In this document: in pieces, positions 1 to 11,249 of the stretch | How the letters are laid out: every line of letters begins with the position of its first letter | Numbering within the stretch: position 1 is the first letter of the stretch | NCBI RefSeq assembly: GCF_001186125.1 | Contig: NW_014040356.1 | Coordinates: 57,704-116,016, forward strand | Direction: 5' to 3' | Origin: Sphaeroforma arctica JP610 | Lineage: Eukaryota | Length of the DNA: 58,313 nucleotides | Made by a program: the position numbers and the translations under genes | Notes under the pieces: model-generated | Seen by the model: only the letters and a program-made list of their open reading frames with translations | The model's database searches: none | Told to the model about the DNA's origin: nothing

Positions 1-132
<132 letters not shown>

Positions 133-546
133 TATGGAGTAGGTGAAAGGTATATATATACACATATATATATGTATAATTTTTTGTTTATTAATAGTTT
201 ATTTTGACTCTCCTATTTACAATGTAATGTGAACTCGTCATTAGTCTCCCAGTGTCGTTGATGTCTGTGTTTACTGAGAAGGCAGTAGAGTTACGACGTG
301 TGTACGAGAGGGTGATGGCTGGTCCGGTCGAGTAACCTGACCGAGGGGAAGAATGCTGACGTCGAGGATTACAGCTTTTCCTGGTACGGTCTACGGCAGG
401 TGGAGCGGGACGTTCGATATATATATTTACATGTCCCTATGTCTATGGCGATTGGGATGAGTTAGTCTATTATATAAACTGACATCCGCTTTCGCAAACG
501 GCATATATGGAATAATGGATGAAAAAAGGTGGTGTGGGTGGGAGGA

Positions 547-740
547 GAAGGAATAATGGATGATGGACAGTACCTTGTCTATCGTCCTTTTATAGTCAAC
601 CTTGGTTGTCTATGAAAAGAACTGGGAGTAGGACAGATGATTGTTTAACTTCATCGGTGAGATCATAGATTAGAGTAATACTTTAATCTGTGATCACACG
701 ATGACGATAAAAATCATCTGGATCTACTTCATAGTTCATA
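547..740 (-). repeat. Direct repeat copy at the 3' end of the DIRS-like element
   Basis: gaaggaataa...gatgatggacagtacc...catagttcat matches 4321-4510 with a few substitutions and indels. Confidence 0.9.
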
Positions 741-1506
741 CTAATATCGTAGGCTGAACGCAATTTGCGCGAAACCTCGGCGAAACGCGTGCCGATGGAA
801 TATATTCGTCGGCCTAGGGTTCCGAGAGTGCGAATCGTTGACGTATCCATGCAATACCGACGGAATCGGTGCATGAATTCAGTTGAGTGCCGGGAGAGGT
901 GCAGCCGAAAAAGGCGTCCGGAAGATGTTTGACCAAGAATTTGTAGGTCTGAGGGTCCAGCGGTCGTCGAACGAGTGGGGAAACAGACGAGCGATTGCCC
1001 CGTTTATTCTTCCGAGTTTGATGAATATTGAAAGGGATTCGGGCACGAATGTGAATGAGGACTCGTCATAGGTGCGCGATGTGTGTCGACGAGTGCCCCA
1101 AAGCCAGTAGAGAGCGATCAGCGCTCGCCATCTCGGATCGGTTCCTGGGGCTCTAATGACCTGTACAACCCAGTCGACGAGGATCTTAGGTCGTGTGGAT
1201 TGTGTTCCCGGTTTGGTCTCCCAATATGTTGGAGTAGCCTTGAATTGCGTGCCGCCATTCGTCGGCAGCGATTACAGGAAGTCCCATAGCCCGTGCGTGA
1301 CTGTTAACTGCCGCCCGAAATAGTTAAACTTTATTCGGTTGGCAGCCTTCATAATAACAGAAGACTAAAAATTGGAGCAATTCAGCTCGGCTAGGGATGA
1401 CGTTGGTGATACTGTATTCGCTGGCGCAGTCGCGCCAGTACTTCATGGCACTTTCGTAGTTGCGCTGTGTGCCGGTCGCTAGTCCTCCGTTGGCGATTTG
1501 GTGCAA
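683..1506 (-). pseudogene. Tyrosine recombinase, disrupted
   Basis: N-terminal LATGTQRNYESAMKYW...LLQFL. Reading through the TAA gives LFRAAVNSHARAMGLP. Shifted frames give RWRALIALYWLWGTRR (Arg box) and MHRFRR (HxxR). Confidence 0.75.
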
Positions 1507-1599
1507 AACAATGTCGGTTTCTAGATACTCTGATTGATGTGACGAGGATCGTATAACACTGCTGCGTAAAGGCGCGTAGGGGCCGTGTCGCGGCCGAGT

Positions 1600-2638
1600 G
1601 CTTGGACGATATTAGACGGATAGTGCACGGCTCCCTGGTCGATAACTGTGAGATCCACGCTGTGCTGCACGATGTGGGACCAAGGATCATTCGCTGTAGT
1701 TGTAGATCTAGTTGCTGGTAGATTTGGCCTAGCATGGGTTCGGGTGGGGCTATGAGTTTGAGTGTTTGATCCCATTTCGAATGATATGGGTTCGCAAACT
1801 CCACATGAGCCTGGTGCCCCTTGTTCAGACAGTAGAATGCGGGATACGCCTGATCCTGTTTGTTGGGTTTGATGTGCCACCGGCGAAATAAGCTCAGCAC
1901 TGCTTCCGATGTGACGGTCCAGTGGTATTGGAGGAGGGAGCCCTGTCGGGAAAGCATGTCCGCTGCCAAGTTTAGTTTGCCTGGCATGTAATCTAGTGTT
2001 ACTGGCCACTGAGTCTGTTGTTTGTGACAGAACCAAACTAGGTGTCTGAGTTGAGCGTTCATCAGTTGTGACTGGCTGCACCGCTTTCGAAGAGCGTACA
2101 GCGCTGTCGTCGTGTCCGTCAGCCACAGCAGTGGGATTTGTCCGATGTCGTGGTGTTGGTGGAAATATTCGAAGGCGAGTACGAGTCCCTTGAGTTCGAG
2201 CACTAATATTGGCCAGTGTCGTTCTCTCGGTGTCCAATGTCCTGCAAATCTCAGCGTCTGTTGGTTCCAATATAAGGTGGCTCCGAAGCCTGACTTCGAG
2301 GCATCTGACGTCATCATCGCTTGATGATCTGGCATCCAGATCTGACGTGTTTCGAAAATTTCGATGAGCAGTGTTATCCGCTCGATTTTCTCGAACGCGG
2401 CCCCTGATAGGCGGATTTTGGCTGATCGATACCACAGGGTACTCCGCTGTAGATCGGCTATGAATGGCCGTAAGTTGAGTACGGAGAATGCTGCCCATTG
2501 GAGGCAGCCTAAGTGCGATTGCCAGAGACGCATCTGTACTTTCCTTTGGTTCTTTAACCCCATTGTGCGGTTCGCTGCTCCGAGTCGGAGGGGTTTTTCT
2601 TTGAACTCTGACGTCATTGAAATTTTGTTGTCCCGCAA
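1600..2638 (-). pseudogene. DIRS RNase H followed by a degenerate Dam-like methyltransferase remnant
   Basis: RNase H motifs TSDASKSGFGA, ILVLELKG, TDTTTAL and YMPGKLNLAADMLSR, then W..LF..W...KW...IAPPEP...P....W. Confidence 0.8.
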
Positions 2639-2639
2639 G

Positions 2640-3400
2640 TCGATGACTACACCTGTGCTGTAGGCAGGTCACTGGGTGGATCCAGTGGCCTTTGTCTTGT
2701 GCGAATTTTAGCCCTAGGCTGTGGAACAGTTGGTTGATTTGGCAGTGATGCCGGAGAGTTATCGCCTCCGATCGGCCCAGAAAAAGAAGGTCATCCACAT
2801 AGAGCATTATGCGGATTCCTTTGTTCCTGAGAATTTTCCTCACGACGTCCATGAGAAGGTTGAACCAAGCTGGAGAGAATGATGCTCCCATTGGAAGTGC
2901 CAGGAAGCACCAGAGCTGACCAGTGTGGTCCCGGAACTGCCAGAGGCCGGGATCTGCAACAGCTAATACATAGAATCCGTCCTTGATATCCGTGGACATA
3001 GCTACATCGCCCTTCCTGGCAACTTCGGCCAATCGCTCTAGGCCTTCTGCTCGAAACTTAATCTTTTCTGCGTGTTCGTTGATCGTCACTGAATTCAGAA
3101 TTAGACGACCTCGAACCCCATCGGATTTCAAAATCATAAATGCTGGATGTATGAGATGTGCCTCGGACTCCAGACATTGTCTGATGATTCCCTCGGACTC
3201 TAGTCGCAGTAATTCTGTTGTGATCATTTCCGTTGTCACCTCGGGAATATTTATCCACCTTCCCGTTGTTGATGGTGGTGGAGGTCCTAGTGGTCCCCAA
3301 GCCGGCCGTACGCCATAATTGATTGCCTCCAGAACCACCCGTTTCGCGCCGTGCTCCCTCCATGTTCTGATGTCACGTCTGACCTTTTCATGTAAGGAAG
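2640..3400 (-). pseudogene. DIRS-type reverse transcriptase, frameshifted into RNase H
   Basis: RLILNSVTIN, KFRAEGL, STDIKDGFY, ALPMGASFSP and LYVDDLL motifs in ORF 1521..3338. Confidence 0.9.
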
Positions 3401-3636
3401 TTTGCGCGCGCGAATTAGCCTTAATTTCCGTTTTTCACTTGATTTCCGGTCTTCGCCTCGTCTTGTTTGCCTTTTAGGGTTTTGGCGGTCCTCTCACGAG
3501 CTGCCTTGTCCCGAGCGGCTTTGTCTGCTTCCGTACCTTCCTTACCTGCGCGAGCTAAGTCGAGTTCGTGCTGGCGTTCTGTTGCTTGTTTTACGTATTT
3601 GGCAATAGCGGACTTGTTGTGATGTTGTGCGCGAAA

Positions 3637-4269
3637 TTAGCATTCAACCAGTGATGCGAAATCGGCTCCCTTTTGAACGCAAAGTTCCTTGAGTTCTACC
3701 ACTTGACCGAAATCGCAAATAAGAGCCAGGATGAGGCCGTTGTACGCTTCTTCGCGGTTATCGGCTGTCAGGCCTCCTAGATGGATTTGTCTTAATCCGT
3801 GGGCTAAAAAAAAATGCCCAGTTGAGTATGTTATCAAGTTCTTTGATGACGGCGGGGCGTTGTCCCTTGTACCAATCGGGTGTTCGGGTGGGGACGTCAC
3901 TGAGGCCTTCCTTGTACCGGATATTGCCTTGACACCAGAAATCCTAGTATTGGTTTCTAATGCCGTTCCCGTGCTCCAATCGCTTTCAGATAACGCTGGA
4001 TTCTGAAGTGTGTTATTAATGTGATCCGAGGCAGATACTCCTGGTATCTCCACTCGGAGTTTGAATAGGGATACACGACCAGGTCCGGGTACGGCGTATC
4101 CTCGCTGTTCGATCCCCAGTCGTATGGCTTCCGCCTCTGGCCGTGGATCAGGCTGGTTACGCTCGTCTCGTTGCTGATGTTCACGAAGTGCTTGCTCGCG
4201 TAGGTCTAGTTGTTGTAGTAGTGCTTTTAGTCGTTGCTGTGCAGCCTGTATATTCTGTTCGTTATTCAT
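3637..4269 (-). CDS. gag-like ORF1 of the DIRS-like element (probably truncated by a premature stop)
   Basis: 210-aa ORF with a coiled-coil N-terminus, just inside the 5' repeat and upstream of RT. Call is positional. Confidence 0.5.
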   Translation of the reverse strand: MNNEQNIQAAQQRLKALLQQLDLREQALREHQQRDERNQPDPRPEAEAIRLGIEQRGYAVPGPGRVSLFKLRVEIPGVSASDHINNTLQNPALSESDWSTGTALETNTRISGVKAISGTRKASVTSPPEHPIGTRDNAPPSSKNLITYSTGHFFLAHGLRQIHLGGLTADNREEAYNGLILALICDFGQVVELKELCVQKGADFASLVEC

Positions 4270-4320
4270 TGTGATACAATGGTGTACGTTTTGTGAAGGT
4301 GAGCCAACACTTCTAAAGTA

Positions 4321-4510
4321 GAAGGAATAATAGATGATGGACAGTACCCTGTCTATCGTCCTTTTATAGTCAACCTTGGTTGTCTATGAAACGAACTGGG
4401 AGTAGGACAGATGATTGTTTAAACTTCATCGGTGAGATCATAGACTAGAGTAGTACTCTAATCTGTGATCACACGATGACGATGAAAATCATCTGGATCT
4501 CCATAGTTCA
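4321..4510 (-). repeat. Direct repeat copy at the 5' end of the DIRS-like element
   Basis: Matches 547-740. Confidence 0.9.
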
Positions 4511-4541
4511 TCATAATATATGAATGTAAACATTCGAATAC

Positions 4542-4576
<35 letters not shown>

Positions 4577-5269
4577 NNNNNNNNNNNNNNNNNNNNNNNN
4601 NNNNNNNNNNNNNNNNNNNNNNNNNNNNNNNNNNNNNNNNNNNNNNNNNNNNNNNNNNNNNNNNNNNNNNNNNNNNNNNNNNNNNNNNNNNNNNNNNNNN
4701 NNNNNNNNNNNNNNNNNNNNNNNNNNNNNNNNNNNNNNNNNNNNNNNNNNNNNNNNNNNNNNNNNNNNNNNNNNNNNNNNNNNNNNNNNNNNNNNNNNNN
4801 NNNNNNNNNNNNNNNNNNNNNNNNNNNNNNNNNNNNNNNNNNNNNNNNNNNNNNNNNNNNNNNNNNNNNNNNNNNNNNNNNNNNNNNNNNNNNNNNNNNN
4901 NNNNNNNNNNNNNNNNNNNNNNNNNNNNNNNNNNNNNNNNNNNNNNNNNNNNNNNNNNNNNNNNNNNNNNNNNNNNNNNNNNNNNNNNNNNNNNNNNNNN
5001 NNNNNNNNNNNNNNNNNNNNNNNNNNNNNNNNNNNNNNNNNNNNNNNNNNNNNNNNNNNNNNNNNNNNNNNNNNNNNNNNNNNNNNNNNNNNNNNNNNNN
5101 NNNNNNNNNNNNNNNNNNNNNNNNNNNNNNNNNNNNNNNNNNNNNNNNNNNNNNNNNNNNNNNNNNNNNNNNNNNNNNNNNNNNNNNNNNNNNNNNNNNN
5201 NNNNNNNNNNNNNNNNNNNNNNNNNNNNNNNNNNNNNNNNNNNNNNNNNNNNNNNNNNNNNNNNNNNNN
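4577..5269. other. Assembly gap (N run) flanked by (TG)n and (TA)n
   Basis: Run of n characters. Confidence 1.
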
Positions 5270-5374
5270 ATATATATATAGTCGAGCGACGCAGATATAT
5301 CGCAAGATGGTTCTCGCACTTCTTCGTGACCATTGCGCACAAAAGTTTTACTCTTGGTGCAGATGACTCCGACG

Positions 5375-5804
5375 TGTAAGTGGAGCTGGAGCAAGGTTTG
5401 TTGGTAACACTTACTCTTGGGTTTGAGAGGAAATAAAATGGTCACCAAGCCGTGTTGACCTGTTAAAACTTGTAGAATCCTGTATAGTATGGAGAGTAGC
5501 TGAAAGGTACGAGACAATAGAATACAGTAGACCACTTCTCAATTATGGTTATCTCAGCTAGGAAAAGTCCTTAGTTTGAGAGAACCAAACAGAGTCTTTC
5601 TTTGTGTTTTCACTAGACTCAGGATTTACTCGAGTGTTTCTCTCATACGCGGGAGTCCCGGTATAGCTTACCAGTTCTACCGCTAGTATTTCTGATGACT
5701 AATATCAGAAATATTCCAATCCTAATTTCAAAACTCAGTATCTGATTATTCTGGGTTTTGGGATTTGAATTGTCTTTTTGATAACCTGGTCCCTAGATGC
5801 TACA
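5375..5804 (-). repeat. Putative 3' LTR of Gypsy A (PPT at ~5805-5816)
   Basis: On the minus strand a G-run (gggggga) directly precedes TGTA at 5804. A TGTA/TACA partner end at 5375 is plausible but less certain. Confidence 0.65.
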
Positions 5805-6259
5805 TCCCCCCCAACTTTATGCTTCTTAGCCTGCGTAGGAGTAGAAAGTGACATCTTATAGTACTAGATTATCTAGAGGTTGGTGTTTGTATACAGGGAA
5901 AAATTTGTCCCTTACGGGGCATAAGATGAAAAATCTGCCACCATTATCTATTACATATTACCGATTAATATAATTTATACTTTATCAGGAGTCCTCTACC
6001 ATGCTCATCGGGGTCAGTCTTGACCAGTGCTCTCGGTTGATCTCAACTTGGCTTAGGAAAACGCATCTCAACGGTGGCTCTACAGCTGAGTCTCTGGTCC
6101 TTGTCCCGCTGGTGTACGGGGGGAGCATGCTTCTAGGCGAGAAAAGTAGGAGTGTCCTGTGGTATCAGTGAGACTTGCTTAGATCCCCCGCCTCGTGCGC
6201 TGTCTGTGGCTCGCTGATCTTTCATCAGTGCTCTTGTCGCTGGCTTCTTTGGCCTTGAC

Positions 6260-6420
6260 TACCTTCTTTTACGTCTCCGGCGTTGACGATATGTTGTAAT
6301 GACATCAGCATCTGCGATGTCTGATTCGTGCGTCCAGGTACACTCACCATCTATCCATTGCAGTAGGTACTCCTGGGATCCATCACCTCGGATGGACGGT
6401 ATGTCGTCGACTATCGGGGA
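6260..6420 (-). pseudogene. Chromodomain of Gypsy A integrase
   Basis: Manual translation IRGDGSQEYLLQWIDGECTWTHESDIADADVITTYRQRRRRKRR. Confidence 0.7.
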
Positions 6421-6525
6421 GAGCTGAGTCTCTTCGTTTGGTTGTACGTGATTATTGGAAGTAAATGCTTCCGGAGCACTGGCCCCTTGTACGAGGCCAA
6501 GTAGCTCATCACTGATCGAGTCAGG

Positions 6526-7480
6526 TTATTCGGGGGCTCTAGTCCCATCAAGGTTACAGACAAAATACCCGTTGCCCTCCCTGGATACTATTTTGTATGG
6601 TCCACCATTTGGTGCTGTTAACTTGTTTATTTCACCTTGATAGCGGTCCATGACAAGGTCCCCTTCCTGCAAATTTATATACTTCTGCTGCTCGCATCTT
6701 CTCTTGATACTGTGCAACATTACTATCTAGTTGTGGCCTAATGGCTTCTTCTAGATTTTGCAGTCGCTCTTCCCAAGATACTGTTGTACTGGGTGCGGTC
6801 ACTGGCTCTTTGTAGTCCGTGAGTTGATTCTGTCTGCGACCAAAGTACACATTAAATCGCGGTGGTTTGTGTGTACGCAGATTATGGCCCATCTGTACGA
6901 ATGGAAGTCGTGAACACCAGTTACCTGGATTCTGTTCCGCAAATTTCCGTAGCAGTGGCATGAGGTCTCTATGTGATTGTTCGTTTGCACCTAAGACTTT
7001 AGGTTGATATGGCCGAGAAATTAGGAGTTGCATTGGCGCTTGCTTAGCAACTTTGAGAGTATGTTGTTAACATATTCAGTGCCTTGGTCCGTTTGTATGA
7101 TTTGTGGAAATCCATGTTCACACATATTTGGTACCAGTGTGCGTGCTATGGTAGCCGCCGATTTGTCCATCATTGGATGCAAAATGACGTACGATGAATA
7201 TACATCAAGCCATGCTAGCACGTATGTGTGTCCTCTATTGGAATTCAATAGTGGCCTTATGGTGTCCACTTGGACTCTGTCGCTTGGATATGCGGCTGTA
7301 ATTGATTGTAAGGGGTGAAATCCCTTTTTGAGTATTTTCTTTTTGAGACATGGTATACATCCATCAATGAACTTGTGTACATGTTGTTAGATATCAGCCC
7401 AATCATGCCCATCTGCTTGCAGCTTGTGTACTGTTTCCTCCAGAGTGTAATGTCCCAAGTTGTGGTATTGTTCGATGATA
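6526..7480 (-). pseudogene. Gypsy A integrase (frameshifted)
   Basis: WLDVYSSY, HGFPQIIQTDQGTEY, GANEQSH, EGDLVM and GPYKIV spread over consecutive ORFs. Confidence 0.88.
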
Positions 7481-7596
7481 TTGACATGTGTCTTATATTA
7501 CGTTGCCTGTGGTGCGTCTCCAGAGTGAACTGGTTCTGACGCTGCAACGTGTATAGCAGGTTGTTCCCGCGTCGAGTCAAAGTATGGAGACTTAGC

Positions 7597-7995
7597 TTCT
7601 ATCTTTGCGACTAATGGGACACCCCATGGTGTTTTTCCACAAGCCATCTTGCCCTCTTTGAGGAAAGTATTGTTTGTGTTTTCCACTAGCATCGGATCTT
7701 CTTCTAGTAAAGACAAGAACTTTGGAAACCACGAGGCATTGGGGTAGTATGGTACACATATCGTGACGCTGGTTGCCTCTTCAATGACTTTGTCAAGGAC
7801 ATCGGGTATGAGTTCCCATGGTGGGTTCGCCCATGCATTCACTTTCTGCGCCCACTTCTGTTGTAGCGCATTCTGTTCTTTGGTGTAGTATTTATCTGTG
7901 TGCGCATTGTGTGCCGATGCAAACAGATCTACTGTGAACTTCCCAAACCTTTGTTCCGCTTCTTGATAGAATCTGGGATGTAACATCCAGTCTAT
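7597..7995 (-). CDS. Dam-like amino-DNA methyltransferase domain in Gypsy A pol (open frame)
   Basis: DWMLHP...FGKFTVDLFASAHNA...W...AWANPPWELI...ICVPYYPNASWF, directly after the RNase H end DMLSR. Confidence 0.85.
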
Positions 7996-8437
7996 AGCCG
8001 ATATGGTTATGGGCATGTTCGTTTCCAAGGTGGTGTACTCTTGGCTATTATGTGTTGCCTCATTCGCCTTTTGTAATACTTTTGACTCTTTAGTACTAAA
8101 AGTATCTTCATGGAGACGTGACAACATGTCTCTCATCTGGTTGTCCTTGTCTGTGACATGTATGATGAAGAAATGGGGGTGGAACGTTTTTGCTATTCAT
8201 TTGGCTAGCATTGGGTGTAACGTCTGTTGACTGTTCAATTGCGCGAGCGCTTTGTGATCTGTCCACAGTGTTATGTCCCCCCCCCTTGATGTATTCGGAT
8301 AAATATTCCAGGCTTTATACCAGTGCTAGTAGCTCTTTGGTATTTATGTCATAGTGTTGTTGTGCTGGATTCAAGCCTTTTGAGAAGTAAAGAATGTCTC
8401 ATCTAACTCCATCGATGACTTGAAATAGACACCCTCT

Positions 8438-8730
8438 GCCGCACTACACGGCGCAGACCCGATCCGTACCACAGAGGTGGGTACTCTACTTAGTAGGTCA
8501 GCAAGCGAATATATGGAACATTCGATAGTAACAATGTTTTGTCAACATCGGCCCGAATTGACTCAGCGCATATCTTCCATTGTCGACTCACTTGGCCCAA
8601 GCTTCAAACGGGAATTTACTGACCACTTCTTCCCATCAGTCTTTCCTGAATCACTACAGCGACTATGAGAGCCATACCATATGTTCATACATTGTAGCAT
8701 ACATACTTGTCATTTTTGAAATAAATAATA
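8438..8730 (+). mobile_element. 3'-terminal fragment of a non-LTR retrotransposon inserted in Gypsy A RNase H
   Basis: Near-identical to 28160-28447, ends in gaaataaataata and splits the DASDDGIG|GCLFQ motif. Confidence 0.88.
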
Positions 8731-9421
8731 TTATCCCTATGCCATCGTCACTAGCATCGTTCATAATTTGAGACGGTACTCCATCAACAGGGTATGCTAG
8801 CGTTACTGAACAGGAGATGGCTTCTTTGAGTTCTTCCCACTTCTTTATTAGTTCCGGTGTTCATAACATGGATATGTTCTGGTTCATTTTTCCTTTCATT
8901 AGGTTCCGAAAGTGTTTCGTTGTGTGAGCAAAGTTAGGGACATGGTCTCGCATGTAATTTGCTAGTCCCACTGCTTTGTGCAGATCTTTGTTCAGGGTTT
9001 TTCTGTTTCTCAGGGTCTGCCTTGAGTCCCTGTGTGGTGACTTTCACCCCCAGAAGGTTGACCACTTTGACCGCGAAGGCACACTTGTTGTGATTGTGGA
9101 CATGATGACGGACCTTGGGTTATATATTGGCGGAATTCAGTCACCACTCGCACCCATCGACCCAACGGAACTAGATGGCCTCCTTACACCTATGGCTCGG
9201 CGTCAAACCCCCAACACCACCGAACCCGACGGAGTACGGACAAGGCTGGCCGCAGTGTTAGAAGCGAACGCCGACATTGCAGAAAATGCACGTTGCCGCT
9301 TAGAGGGGAGTGAAGTAGCGATACCGGTGACACGTGAGCAGGCTATGAGCATGAGACGATCGACACGCAACTTTGTATCCGAGAGGTGGTTACCGTATGT
9401 CGATGAACAGGCACAGAGTGG

Positions 9422-10625
9422 TTGAAGGACCTAGTGATTACGAAGTCTCCAACGACGGTTAATCTTCCCTTACTAGCAGTTATAACGTTCAGCGAGGGTA
9501 ATATGAAGAAGATACGCGTATGTCTAGACATGCGAGCGGTCAACGCACTGATTCCACGAGACCAGTTCCTGATACCGAAGGTGAATGAGATCATTTCACG
9601 ACTAAAGAGCAGGAAGTACTATACCACACTCGATATATCAGCAGCATATCATAAACTACCGATACACCTGGATTCTAGATGCCTATTTAGTTTCACACAC
9701 GATCGATACCAGTACTCATTTACATCGGCACCTTTCGGGTTGCACGTATTGACGCAACAACTCCAACAGACGCTCAGTACGATACTAGATGGACTACCAG
9801 TTCACCTCTACATTGACGATATTGTGATTGCAAGTGATGATTATGACGAGCACATCGCTATAGTGAAGGAGGTGATCAGAAGATTGACGTAGCACAGTTT
9901 CAAACTGAATCCAGCGAAATGTCACTTTGCAATTGCAGAGGTTATGATACTAGGCAAGAAGGTCTCAGCGGCAGGGATTGACGTCAACTTTGAGAAGCAA
10001 GCTAAACTCTTCGACTGGCCAACACCTCAGCGATACAAGGGCATTGCCTCCGCATTGGGTTTAGCTAACTTCTTGCACGAACGCCTACCCAATTTCGCAC
10101 ACGTAGTAGCACCTCTACGGGAGTTTTGCAAGCTGAAGCCGAATGAACTGATCGGAGATAGGTGGGAACAACGCCATTCAGACGCGTGGAAAGCCAGGAA
10201 GGACGCAATAACTAACGCGGTCGCTCTACACTTTTCGGTGGATGATGTCACCCTCAACCTCGAGACGGACGCGAGAGACTATGGACTGGGAGGGGCACTG
10301 TTCCAGTGGGTGGAGGGCAAGAAACACTACCTGATGTTTTTCAGCAAGACACTCAATCAGGCTCAACAGAGTTATGCGACACCCATGAAAGAACTACTAG
10401 CGTTAGTCTACGGGTTGACACACTTCCGCGACTACCTCGACGGCCAGCGCTTTGCGGTGTTTGCGGATCACAAAGCATTAGTATATATGAATACCCAACT
10501 GAAGCTTAATCCTATGCAACAGAGGTGGCACCACATCATAGCGCCCTTTAACTTCACCATTTCACATATTCCTGGGGAGAAGAATGTCCTGCCGAATATG
10601 TTGAGTCGCATACATGAAGGGACCG
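9422..10625 (+). pseudogene. Gypsy B reverse transcriptase and RNase H (in-frame stop at 9890)
   Basis: ORFs 9422..9892 and 9944..10768 with canonical Ty3 motifs. Confidence 0.92.
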
Positions 10626-10657
10626 CGGAAACAGACGTGCCAGAGATCCTGTATGCA

Positions 10658-11060
10658 GACTGTTGGCAATTATTTCCCAGCTACTTCGAACAAGCACAAC
10701 ATATCTTTGTACACAACAACATAGACGTGTTCGCAGCACCTCACAACGCGCAGCTTCCTAGGTTTTGAACAAAGAACGAACACGACGGTGCGTTTGATCA
10801 TAACTGGGCGATGGTCGACGGGTGGATGAACCCGCCGTGGAGGTTAATACACCGCATGCTTCGGAAGATCAAAGCGGACGGGACTACAGCGACGGTGTGC
10901 TTACCTTGGACTCCTCGCGCACCATGGTTTGACCTTTTCAAATCATTATTGCAAGCCGAGCCAGTGTTAGTACCCCGGACCCCGCATACATTTCTAAAGT
11001 ATGCGAAGTATGCCTGTGGGAAGATTCCGTAGGGGCACACGGTCGTTGCACGAGTGGGGC
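10658..11060 (+). pseudogene. Dam-like methyltransferase domain in Gypsy B pol
   Basis: CWQLFP...IDVFAAPHNAQLPRF*...NW...GWMNPPWRLI...VCLPWTPRAPWF. Two in-frame stops, at 10766 (TGA) and 11030 (TAG), the latter at a position that is Trp in elements A and C. Confidence 0.85.
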
Positions 11061-11249
11061 CGCCGTCAGGATTCCAGCTAGCCGAGAGCTTTACACAAAG
11101 ATTAGGCTATGCCGAACCTCGACACACACCATACCATCAGTGTTTGGATACGGCACGAGAGATTTCCGTGGCGTTAACTAATGAGGGGGCACAACCGGCA
11201 TTTGCGAATGCCACACCGATGGAACAACAACGACGTACGCAACTCACAC

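Larger units (their letters stand above)
547..4510 (-). mobile_element. Degenerate tyrosine-recombinase retrotransposon (DIRS order, PAT-like)
   Basis: Minus-strand order is gag-like ORF, RT (YVDD), DIRS-type RNase H, MT-like remnant, then tyrosine recombinase. Bounded by ~190-bp direct repeats at 547-740 and 4321-4510. Confidence 0.85.
5375..9090 (-). mobile_element. Ty3/Gypsy LTR retrotransposon A, 5'-truncated (end of RT, RNase H, MTase, integrase, chromodomain, 3' LTR)
   Basis: NKCAFAVKVVNLLG (RT end), DASDDGIG|GCLFQ (RH), DLFAS/NPPW, LDVYSSY/QTDQGTEY (IN), GPY motif, EYLLQW...TW chromodomain, PPT and LTR. Confidence 0.9.

Noticed and set aside
1521..2640. C-terminal half of the 605-aa ORF as a real protein extension
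   Set aside because: The RNase H motifs lie in the other frame. This looks like read-through after a frameshift, although overlapping frames do occur in DIRS elements.
4458..5535. Long ORFs in the track
   Set aside because: Artefacts of the N gap and flanking microsatellites.
10766..11032. Programmed readthrough or alternative genetic code at the stops in the element B MTase
   Set aside because: The element has many other stops and frameshifts, so ordinary G-to-A decay explains them.
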